A DNA stretch of 64,000 bases from Marinobacter sp. (lineage in GTDB: Bacteria; Pseudomonadota; Gammaproteobacteria; Pseudomonadales; Oleiphilaceae), in the NCBI RefSeq assembly GCF_041687235.1, contig NZ_JAWLCH010000010.1, positions 1,900 to 65,899 on the forward strand, given 5' to 3'. The translations under genes were made by a program, and so were the position numbers. The notes below the pieces were generated by a model. The model saw only the letters and a program-made list of their open reading frames with translations. It had not been told where the DNA came from and ran no database searches. Positions 8,017 through 15,382 of the stretch are shown here, one piece after another. The stretch's first letter is position 1; each line of letters opens with the position of its first letter.

Positions 8017-8094
8017 GCATAACCAGCCGCTGTTGCCGGACAATTTTTCCACCGCTTCGCGGCTCCAAAATTGCCGCAAAGCTCCGCGTTAAGC
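8017..8094 (+). repeat. attC9
   Basis: GCATAAC 8017-8023 ... GTTAAGC 8088-8094. Confidence 0.93.
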
Positions 8095-8098
8095 TCCA

Positions 8099-8127
8099 TT
8101 GTTGCGTGGTGCGCAACATGCTAAAAT
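8099..8127 (+). promoter_or_regulatory. Promoter/operator of higBA cassette
   Basis: TTGTTG 8099-8104, 17 bp, TG-extended TAAAAT 8122-8127; inverted repeat TGTTGCG-N5-CGCAACA 8100-8118. Confidence 0.65.
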
Positions 8128-8133
8128 TCCCTC

Positions 8134-8412
8134 ATGATTAAATCATTCCGTCACAAAGGACTGAAGCGGTTTTACTCGACCGGCCACACGTCTGGCATAC
8201 AACCCGACCATGCCAAGCAGCTGCGTATGCAGCTGGCTGCTCTGGATACGGCGACTTCAGTGGAAGACATGGATATCCCTGGTTTTCGGCTTCATCCATT
8301 GAAGGGTAAAGACAAAGGCCAGTGGTCGATTTGGGTTAACGGAAATTGGCGCATGACGTTCGAGTTTCAGGACGGCAACGCCTACATTCTTGATTATGAG
8401 GATTATCACTAA
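8134..8412 (+). CDS. higB: HigB (RelE/ParE superfamily, plasmid-maintenance killer type) toxin
   Basis: [14 protein letters not shown]...RLHPLKG...[15 protein letters not shown]...DYEDYH. Confidence 0.93.
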   Translation: MIKSFRHKGLKRFYSTGHTSGIQPDHAKQLRMQLAALDTATSVEDMDIPGFRLHPLKGKDKGQWSIWVNGNWRMTFEFQDGNAYILDYEDYH

Positions 8413-8705
8413 TGACTATGCATAATCCGCCGCATCCTGGTGAATTCATTCGGGAGGTGTACCTGGAGCCTTTTGGTATCAGTTCCCGTCAGCTTGCTTC
8501 CAGTCTGGGCGTTTCACCTTCCACTTTGTCCCGGTTGCTCAAAGGGGATAGTGGTATTAGCCCGGAAATGTCTCTTAGGCTGTCCAAGGTTCTCGGGCGC
8601 ACCCCTGAGAGCTGGTTGGCGATGCAGGATATGTACGATCTGTGGGTGGCCCGCAATACGGTCAATCTGGATGGCATTCATCCCCTGGATTTCGAAGCCG
8701 CTTAA
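8412..8705 (+). CDS. higA: HigA addiction-module antidote (HTH)
   Basis: [18 protein letters not shown]...[24 protein letters not shown]; stop in R'' of attC10. Confidence 0.93.
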   Translation: MTMHNPPHPGEFIREVYLEPFGISSRQLASSLGVSPSTLSRLLKGDSGISPEMSLRLSKVLGRTPESWLAMQDMYDLWVARNTVNLDGIHPLDFEAA

Positions 8706-8771
8706 CCAGAGGTTGTTGTCGGACGCGCCTACGCTGGCGCTCCGGCACTCCGCAAAGCCAGGGCGTTAGCA
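8700..8771 (+). repeat. attC10
   Basis: GCTTAAC 8700-8706 ... GTTAGCA 8765-8771. Confidence 0.93.
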
Positions 8772-8827
8772 GCTACGGCTTCCTTCCAAATCTTGCGGGT
8801 TGAGTAAAAAAGGAATAATTTGTACTC

Positions 8828-9091
8828 ATGGATGAGTTTGAATTCGACGAAGCCAAAAGCTAGGCCAACCTGGACAAGCACGGTATAGATTTCGTGGCTG
8901 CCCAAGGGCTTTGGAAAGATCCATACCTGCTGGAGATCCGTGCAAAATCAGAGGATGAGCAGAGGTTTTTGCTGATAGGCAAGATTGGTGAAAAGCACTG
9001 GTCGGCTGTCGTCACATACAGGGATGCTCGTATTCGTCTGATTTCAGTCAGACGTTCCCGTAAGAAGGAGGTTGAGCTCTATGAAGGCTAA
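8828..9091 (+). pseudogene. brnT: BrnT family toxin with in-frame TAG at codon 12
   Basis: MDEFEFDEAKS*ANLDKHGIDF...RFLLIG...IRLISVRRSRKKEVELYE; TAG at 8861-8863. Confidence 0.85.
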
Positions 9092-9350
9092 AGACTTCGA
9101 CAAGAAATTTGAGGAAGGCCAGGAAGATATTGTTGATGATCTTGACCTGTCTTCTGCTCGTCGTGTTAATCAGGAACAAAAGCGAATCAACGTTGATTTC
9201 CCGGCTTGGGTTGTAGAGTCGTTGGATCGCGAGGCGGCGCGCATTGGCGTTACCCGCCAATCAATCATCAAGGTGTGGCTGGTGGAGCGTCTACAGGCAG
9301 AGTCTGCTAACAAGCCGCCCAATGGTGACGCCGCAGGCGGCGCACATTAG
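9081..9350 (+). CDS. brnA: BrnA/CopG-like ribbon-helix-helix antitoxin
   Basis: MKAKDFDKKF...KRINVDFPAWVVESLDREAARIGVTRQSIIKVWL; last ~15 codons read through attC11. Confidence 0.85.
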   Translation: MKAKDFDKKFEEGQEDIVDDLDLSSARRVNQEQKRINVDFPAWVVESLDREAARIGVTRQSIIKVWLVERLQAESANKPPNGDAAGGAH

Positions 9351-9363
9351 CGGAGCGTTAAAT
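9305..9363 (+). repeat. attC11 (short, 59 bp)
   Basis: TGCTAAC 9305-9311 ... GTTAAAT 9357-9363. Confidence 0.9.
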
Positions 9364-9675
9364 GCCAGTAATAGCAAGGTCCAGAGCTCCAACAATCTGG
9401 TCTCTGAGATGTGAGAGGGAGCCAATAGGGCTCTTGAGGTGTTTTTCGGGCACGGAGGAAATTTGCGGAGTTAACAGCAACAGCTCCTGATCGGCAAAGC
9501 TGATTTCGGGAGTGAGCCCCTGCATGGCTTCGCCACCGAAGGCAGAACGTTTGCCCAAGGGGATAACAATGCGAGTTGCCAAATCGCTCAAGAGGCTGCT
9601 TTGGATATCCATCAGGTATGGGTAGTGAGCCTTGCTGACTTTGCTCGGGTTGGGGTACACATCGAACTGTGCCAT
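9358..9675 (-). CDS. ccdB: CcdB family gyrase toxin (cassette inverted relative to array)
   Basis: MAQFDVYPNP...YPYLMDIQSSLL...TRIVIPL...ALDLAITGI; C-terminal TGI-type ending; stop codon is the TTA of the core site. Confidence 0.93.
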   Translation of the reverse strand: MAQFDVYPNPSKVSKAHYPYLMDIQSSLLSDLATRIVIPLGKRSAFGGEAMQGLTPEISFADQELLLLTPQISSVPEKHLKSPIGSLSHLRDQIVGALDLAITGI

Positions 9676-9920
9676 CAGAACTCCCTGAATTCGTCGCCGA
9701 AGCATCCATGTTGTTCGACGAAATCGTTGTAACTTTTTATCGCAGCGCGATTTTCTTCAACCCATTGTGCGGCTTCGCGTTTCGAAAGCTCTTCTTTCAG
9801 AGCTCGTTCCAGGGTGGCAGACAAGTTAATGTTCAGTTCCCGGGTTTTACGCAGAAGATCGCTATTGATTGAGAGGTTCGCTGCTTTTTTGGGGGCGGCT
9901 GAGTTATAGAGTTCGGCCAT
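9675..9920 (-). CDS. ccdA: CcdA family antitoxin
   Basis: KKAANLSINSDLL...NINLSATLERAL...WVEENRAAIKSYN...FGDEFREF. Confidence 0.92.
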   Translation of the reverse strand: MAELYNSAAPKKAANLSINSDLLRKTRELNINLSATLERALKEELSKREAAQWVEENRAAIKSYNDFVEQHGCFGDEFREF

Positions 9921-9960
9921 GAGGGCCTCCGAGAAGACATAGAATTCAGGTTTTGATCTT

Positions 9961-9980
9961 ATGCGCATAGCTATGCGCAT
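9961..9980. promoter_or_regulatory. Perfect 20-bp palindrome upstream of ccdA, probable operator
   Basis: ATGCGCATAGCTATGCGCAT equals its own reverse complement; 40 bp upstream of the ccdA ATG. Confidence 0.65.
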
Positions 9981-9986
9981 GCAAGT

Positions 9987-10058
9987 ATTTAACCAATGGC
10001 TGTTGTCGGACGCACCTGCGCTGGCGTTCTGTCACGCCGCAAAACTAAGGCGTTATGC
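9987..10058 (+). repeat. attC12 (last attC of the array)
   Basis: ATTTAAC 9987-9993 ... GTTATGC 10052-10058; I found no further attC downstream. Confidence 0.92.
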
Positions 10059-10066
10059 TGGTACGT

Positions 10067-10129
10067 CCGTTTATGAGCCCTGAAGGTGTTTTGGTGGGGC
10101 TGCGTTATGTGCCGTGGCTTAATGAATGA
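10067..10129 (+). pseudogene. 3' remnant of a VOC gene paralogous to 6822-7232
   Basis: FMSPEGVLVGLRYVPWLNE* versus FMSPEGILVGLSYAPWLHE*; 48/57 nt identical from ATG to stop (hand count). Confidence 0.75.
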
Positions 10130-10253
10130 CGCCTGACTATCTCGCCAAATTGTTTTATGGTGCAGCACTCCCATCACGTAAATAGTAGTCGCTGCCGGGC
10201 TGCCTGTTCGCGATGTTTCAGGTGTCTCAGTAAGAGGCGATAGAGAAAAACCG

Positions 10254-10655
10254 ATGACTGTTCATTCTGGTTCTTGCCTGTGTGGCACAGTGAAATTTGA
10301 GGTACAAGGCAGTTTCGACAGTTTCTATCTGTGTCATTGCCAACACTGCCAAAAAGATACCGGATCTGCTCATGCGGCAAATTTGTTCTCGCAGTCCGCT
10401 GAATTGACCTGGTTGTCCGGTGAAGGCGCTGTGACCTCCTTTACGCTCTCTGGCACCCGTCACAACAGGAGCTTTTGTAAGTTGTGCGGGTCAGCATTGC
10501 CGAGCAGTCCGCTTAAAGGTGTTCTCGTCGTTCCGGCGGGCTGTTTGGATACCGGAATTTCCATGGTACCCACAGCCCACATTTTTACGGCCAGTAAAGC
10601 ACCCTGGGATGGCGACTTGGGCGACGTGCCACGGTTCGAGGGCCTGCCAGAATAA
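10254..10655 (+). CDS. GFA family (Zn-binding) protein
   Basis: [14 protein letters not shown] and FCKLCGS motifs. Confidence 0.92.
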   Translation: MTVHSGSCLCGTVKFEVQGSFDSFYLCHCQHCQKDTGSAHAANLFSQSAELTWLSGEGAVTSFTLSGTRHNRSFCKLCGSALPSSPLKGVLVVPAGCLDTGISMVPTAHIFTASKAPWDGDLGDVPRFEGLPE

Positions 10656-10699
10656 GCTGGTCGCATAAATCCGATAACCCGCAAGTAGGTGCCCCCTCC

Positions 10700-11914
10700 A
10701 TGACGGAACACACACAGGTTGCTGGCCTGTCTACGGATCATCTTTCAAACATTGAAAGCCACCTTGACCGTTGCTACATCCAGCCCCGGAAGTTACCCGG
10801 TGCGCTGACACTGGTCGCCCGGCGAGGGGAGATTGCTTATGTGAAAGCCCAGGGGCTGATGGACGTGGAACGCAACAAGCCGGTCCGCCGGGATACGGTG
10901 TTCCGCATCTATTCCATGACCAAACCGATCACATCTATCGCCATGATGCAGCTCTATGAACAGGGGCGGTTTTTACTGGATGATCCCGTACACAAGTTTA
11001 TTCCTGCCTGGCGAACCCGGCGGATTTATAAAAGCGGTGTTTATCCCAATTTCCTGACCACGTCTGCATCCAGCACCATGACAATTCGCGACCTGTTCAC
11101 GCATATGTCAGGCCTGACTTACGGATTCATGCAGCGCACCAACGTCGACGCTGCCTACCGCGAGCTTAAGCTGGATGGCAGCCGGAGTATGACGCTGGAA
11201 GCCCTGGTCGATCACCTCGCAGAGCTGCCGCTGGAGTTTTCCCCTGGCACAGCCTGGAACTATTCGGTCAGCACGGATGTGCTGGGGCATCTGGTGCAGT
11301 TGCTGTCTGGTAAGCCGTTTGATGAGTATCTGCAGGAGCATATTTTTGAGCCTCTGGATATGCCTGACACCGGCTTCCACGTTCGTGACGATCAGCTTGA
11401 GCGCTTCGCTGCCTGCTATCAGTACCATCCCGGTGATCAGTTCACGTTGCAGGATGATCCGCAAACCTCTCCCTTCCGGCGCAAACCTCAGTTTTTGTCA
11501 GGCGGGGGCGGGCTGGTTTCCACCATTGATGATTATTTCCACTTTGCCCAGGCACTGTGTCAGGGCGGTGAGTTCCGGGGGCGGCGCATTATTGGTCGAA
11601 AAACTCTGGAATTCATGCGTCGCAATCACCTGCCTGACAATCAGGATCTACCGGGCCTGTCGGTCGGTGCGTTCAGCGAGACACCGTTTGCCGGGACTGG
11701 CTTTGGTCTGGGCTTTTCGGTAAAAACTGACGTCGCCAAATCCCAGACCAACGGATCGGTCGGTGAGTACGGTTGGGGTGGCCTTGCGAGCACCAACTTT
11801 TTCGTCGATCCCGTGGAGGACCTGGTGATGATCTTTATGACGCAACTGATTCCCTCATCAACCTACCCCATCCGTCAGGAGTTACGGGCGATCGTTAACG
11901 GAGCGCTGCTATGA
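10700..11914 (+). CDS. Serine hydrolase, beta-lactamase/class C-like esterase family
   Basis: YSMTKP (SxxK), [18 protein letters not shown] motifs. Confidence 0.92.
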   Translation: MTEHTQVAGLSTDHLSNIESHLDRCYIQPRKLPGALTLVARRGEIAYVKAQGLMDVERNKPVRRDTVFRIYSMTKPITSIAMMQLYEQGRFLLDDPVHKFIPAWRTRRIYKSGVYPNFLTTSASSTMTIRDLFTHMSGLTYGFMQRTNVDAAYRELKLDGSRSMTLEALVDHLAELPLEFSPGTAWNYSVSTDVLGHLVQLLSGKPFDEYLQEHIFEPLDMPDTGFHVRDDQLERFAACYQYHPGDQFTLQDDPQTSPFRRKPQFLSGGGGLVSTIDDYFHFAQALCQGGEFRGRRIIGRKTLEFMRRNHLPDNQDLPGLSVGAFSETPFAGTGFGLGFSVKTDVAKSQTNGSVGEYGWGGLASTNFFVDPVEDLVMIFMTQLIPSSTYPIRQELRAIVNGALL

Positions 11915-12840
11915 ACACAGTTTCAACACCCTATCCAATCGGCACCCCCGGCACGCCCTGGGGCGATGCGGAACGCGCCGAATGGTTGTCACGGCAGACC
12001 CGTCAGCGCAGTTACGAGGCGGAGGTGTTGAGTGTTATCGAGGGCCTGCGCTCGCGCTTTGATATGGAAGAATATGGCGCTCTGGATTACGGCCCGGATT
12101 ATTATCCGCTGATGGCGATTCGCAGCCGCGACTGGAATAACGATCTTCCGGTGGTGCTGATAACCGGCGGGGTTCACGGCTATGAAACCAGCGGTGTGCA
12201 TGGTGCGCTGCAGTTCCTGGACAAGCACGCTGCCGAGTATGCCGGCCGCGTGAACTTGCTGGTTGCGCCCTGTGTCAGTCCCTGGGCGTATGAGCGCATT
12301 CATCGCTGGAACCCGAACACCATTGATCCGAACCGCTCGTTCCACGAGGGCAGCCCGGCTGAGGAATCAGCCGCACTCATGCGTCTGGTAGCGCCAGTTC
12401 GTGATCGTGCGCTGATTCACGTGGACCTTCACGAGACTACCGATACCGATGAAACCGAGTTTGGGCCGGCGCTGGCTGCGCGGGACGGCAAGCCGTTCGA
12501 GCCGTCCGGGATTCCCGATGGGTTTTACGTGGTGGGTGACACCGAGAACCCGCAGCCAGAGTTTCAGCAGGCCCTGATCAGGGCGGTGGAGCAGGTGACG
12601 CATATTGCGGCGCCCGACGAGAGCGGCGAGATCCTGGGCTCACCGATGGTTGCCCGGGGTGTAATTGAGTATCCGCTCACCAAGTGGGGCCTGTGCGCCG
12701 GTATTACTCGCGCTCCTTACCGGACCACCACCGAGGTGTATCCCGATAGTCCCCGTGTAACCCCCGGGCAATGCAATACTGCGCAGGCTGCCGCGGTGTG
12801 TGCGGCGATTGACTATGGGCTGGCTGCGCGACACGCCTAG
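11911..12840 (+). CDS. M14-family metallocarboxypeptidase / succinylglutamate desuccinylase-like (DUF2817)
   Basis: [10 protein letters not shown] (HxxE), DPNRSF, VDLHET Zn ligands. Confidence 0.85.
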   Translation: MNTVSTPYPIGTPGTPWGDAERAEWLSRQTRQRSYEAEVLSVIEGLRSRFDMEEYGALDYGPDYYPLMAIRSRDWNNDLPVVLITGGVHGYETSGVHGALQFLDKHAAEYAGRVNLLVAPCVSPWAYERIHRWNPNTIDPNRSFHEGSPAEESAALMRLVAPVRDRALIHVDLHETTDTDETEFGPALAARDGKPFEPSGIPDGFYVVGDTENPQPEFQQALIRAVEQVTHIAAPDESGEILGSPMVARGVIEYPLTKWGLCAGITRAPYRTTTEVYPDSPRVTPGQCNTAQAAAVCAAIDYGLAARHA

Positions 12841-13913
12841 TTCTGCATGCGAATGTCGTCTTTCCAGCGGAACCCCACGCCGCCGGCCTGCCACACGCCG
12901 TCTTTATTGAACGGGTGGGGGCCAGCCATGTTGATGTACTGGGGCAGACCAAAGTGGGGTGCCAGGTTTCGCGGGGCCTTTATGGTAACCCGGTCCATGA
13001 TGCGCAGGCCTTGCTGCTCTGCTGGCAGGTGGGCCTCCGGGGAGGCGCGGTGGGCAACCGCCCAGTTGTCGATAAACAGCAGATCGCCGGTGTCATATTC
13101 GTAGCGAATGCCGTAGCCGCACTCGAAGGAATCGTTCAGCAGATCGTTGTAATCGTTGAACAGCTCTTTCATCGCGTTTTCGTCCAGCAGCCGAAAGCTG
13201 TCGGCGGGGGCGGGCAGGGTTTTCAGCTGGTCGAGTGTCAGCCCGTCTTCCGGCAGACGTTCGAGCACGGCACCGGTCATGCCCAGATGCAGCCATACGC
13301 TTTTGCGGCCGGAAATCGGGTGGGTGTGAACCACCGGGTGGGTCACGCTGGATGCGGAGTTTACCGACACCAGGCGCTCCCAAAGATCCCGCTTTTCCGG
13401 CGGCAGAGCATCAAACGCGGCGCCCTGGTGTGCAAAGTGGGTACCGCCGCCGTTTTCCGGGGCGCGGGCCATGTAGTAGGCGCTGTGGGAGAAGGTGGCC
13501 GCCTCGAAACTGCCGTCGTTGTGCCACTGGGGGCCGACGCCGAGAATGCCCTGGCGGCCATCGTTGGAGCAGCGGAAGATGTGCCGGTTGCGGCCGGGCG
13601 TTGCGGGATGAACACCGTGAGTGGAGTGGATCTCGCGGGCGCCCCACCATTTGCAGGTATCAATCAGTTCTTCGGGCGAGAGGCCGGGCTGATGCTTGAA
13701 AACAATGAACCCGCGATTCGCCATTTCCGCTTCCAGGGCCTTTATCGCATGCTCTGGCAGTTGGTTGCGCACGTCTGCGCCATAGATTTCAACGCCGATA
13801 GGGTCCAGTGGCTTGAGCGACAGGCCTTCCTGCTCGAGCAGGGCCACATTCTCCGGGTTCAGGGGCGCTACGGTGGAGGTCGGTTCGCGGGTTGTGCCCT
13901 GGGTCTGTGCCAT
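12837..13913 (-). CDS. TauD/TfdA family Fe(II)/2-oxoglutarate dioxygenase
   Basis: WHNDGSF (HxD) and FIDNWAVAHRA distal His motif. Confidence 0.88.
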   Translation of the reverse strand: MAQTQGTTREPTSTVAPLNPENVALLEQEGLSLKPLDPIGVEIYGADVRNQLPEHAIKALEAEMANRGFIVFKHQPGLSPEELIDTCKWWGAREIHSTHGVHPATPGRNRHIFRCSNDGRQGILGVGPQWHNDGSFEAATFSHSAYYMARAPENGGGTHFAHQGAAFDALPPEKRDLWERLVSVNSASSVTHPVVHTHPISGRKSVWLHLGMTGAVLERLPEDGLTLDQLKTLPAPADSFRLLDENAMKELFNDYNDLLNDSFECGYGIRYEYDTGDLLFIDNWAVAHRASPEAHLPAEQQGLRIMDRVTIKAPRNLAPHFGLPQYINMAGPHPFNKDGVWQAGGVGFRWKDDIRMQN

Positions 13914-14092
13914 TGCGGTCTACTACCATGCTGCTCGTTTTCTAGCCAGCCTAACCCAGTGGGTTTTTGAAATTCAAATCCGATGTCTCGACAAACACCT
14001 TGCGAGTCGGTCGCCCAAGGTGCCCCGGTGCTTTAAAAACCTTGCTTTGATGGTTAGGCTGACAGTAGGCACAGCGCAAGGGGCATAACGGA

Positions 14093-15364
14093 ATGAAGTT
14101 TCCTTCGAGCACGTCATTTGCACTCCTGGGTGCAGCACTGATTGCGATCAGTTACGGGCTTGCGCGCTTTGCGTTTGGTTTGTTTGTGCCCCCAATCCGG
14201 GCTGATCTGGATCTTGGGGCCGATGTGATCGGTATTATCGGTGCGCTGCCGCTGATCAGCTTCGTGCTTGCGACCGGGGTAGCACCGCTTTCTGCGGATC
14301 GGCTGGGCGCCCGCAACACTGCGATGGCCTCCGGTGTTTTCGGCGTTGTCGGCCTCGCGTTGATCAGTCAGGCCGTCGGGGCTGTCTCTCTCGGGATTGG
14401 CGTGATCGCCTGTGGTATCTGCACAGGGCTGATGATGCCGGCACTCACGGCAGCCATGCAGGCGTTGGTGAAACGGTCGCTGCATGGCCGGGTAAGCTCG
14501 GTGATGAATGCCGGCACCAGTATTGGCGTGGTGATTGCTGTACCCACGGTTCTGTTCCTCGCCGGGGCCTGGCGTTATGCCTACGCCTCCTTTGCGGTGC
14601 TGGCGGTCATCGGTGTTATTGCTACCTGGTTCTTCATTCCCTCGGTTTCCCGTGTCATGCCCGCGAACGCGGCACCGGCGCCGCCTATCAGCGCGGATCA
14701 GTGGTGGCGCCTGTTAAGGCTCTCAATGTTTGCGTTCATGATGGGCTTTGTCTCTGCCGCCTACTGGATCTTTGCGCCGGATCTGGTGGTCAATCTGGGT
14801 GACATGCCCTCCGATGCCACCGGTTGGCTCTGGCTTGGGGTTGGCATTGCCGGCCTGGGTGGCGCTGTAGTGGCCGATCTGGCCGATCGCAACAATCCCC
14901 CGATCACCCAGGCCCTGATGCTGATGATGCTGGCCGCCAGTCTGGCGTTGATTGCAGCCAGCCCCGACAACCTGATGATTTCGGGGTTCTCGGCGCTGGT
15001 GTTTGGCCTCGCTTACATGAGCCTGACGGGGCTCTATCTGATGACCGGTATTCGTTTGTTGCCTGGTCGGTTGTCCATGGGGCCGGTATTGCCCTTTATG
15101 GCGGTCTCTCTCGGCCAGGCGGCCGGCTCGCCCATCGTTGGTGCGTTGGTAAATGAAGTCGGCTATGCCGATGCCTTTGCCAGCTTCTGCACCATCGGTA
15201 TCGTTGTGGCGATGCTCTCGCCGCTTTACCCGCGGTATCTGGAATACGAGCCGGAGGAGGAGACCGAGGAGGATACCGGTCTGCAGGCAGCCTACGATTA
15301 TCAGTTGCAGAATGAGGAAGGCGAGCCGCTGACCCCGGTAACCGGCAAGTCTGAGAGCTATTAG
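14093..15364 (+). CDS. MFS transporter (YbfB/YjiJ-like)
   Basis: YGLARFAFGLFVPPIRADL start, ~12 TM segments, ADRLGARN motif A; acidic C-terminal tail. Confidence 0.88.
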   Translation: MKFPSSTSFALLGAALIAISYGLARFAFGLFVPPIRADLDLGADVIGIIGALPLISFVLATGVAPLSADRLGARNTAMASGVFGVVGLALISQAVGAVSLGIGVIACGICTGLMMPALTAAMQALVKRSLHGRVSSVMNAGTSIGVVIAVPTVLFLAGAWRYAYASFAVLAVIGVIATWFFIPSVSRVMPANAAPAPPISADQWWRLLRLSMFAFMMGFVSAAYWIFAPDLVVNLGDMPSDATGWLWLGVGIAGLGGAVVADLADRNNPPITQALMLMMLAASLALIAASPDNLMISGFSALVFGLAYMSLTGLYLMTGIRLLPGRLSMGPVLPFMAVSLGQAAGSPIVGALVNEVGYADAFASFCTIGIVVAMLSPLYPRYLEYEPEEETEEDTGLQAAYDYQLQNEEGEPLTPVTGKSESY

Positions 15365-15382
15365 AGAGTCTGGGGCAGCCCG

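Larger units (their letters stand above)
1..10058 (+). mobile_element. Integron gene-cassette array, distal part; intI/attI not in window
   Basis: 12 imperfect palindromes of 57-85 bp running RYYYAAC...GTTRRRY between short ORFs; for 10 of 10 complete cassettes the 6 nt after the G of the upstream core site are the exact reverse complement of the cassette's own inverse core site. Confidence 0.97.

Noticed and set aside
9921-9980. Longer ccdA start (MRIAMRI...)
   Set aside because: The extra ATGs arise from the 20-bp operator palindrome; CcdA-like sequence begins at 9920
319-10058. Recurrent repeats separated by unique DNA as a CRISPR array
   Set aside because: Repeats vary from 57 to 85 bp, spacers are whole genes, ends follow attC core consensus, and no cas genes are present
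10656-10700. Possible 13th attC after the GFA gene (GCATAAA...GATAACC)
   Set aside because: No RYYYAAC matching TTATGC, no L boxes and no GTT end
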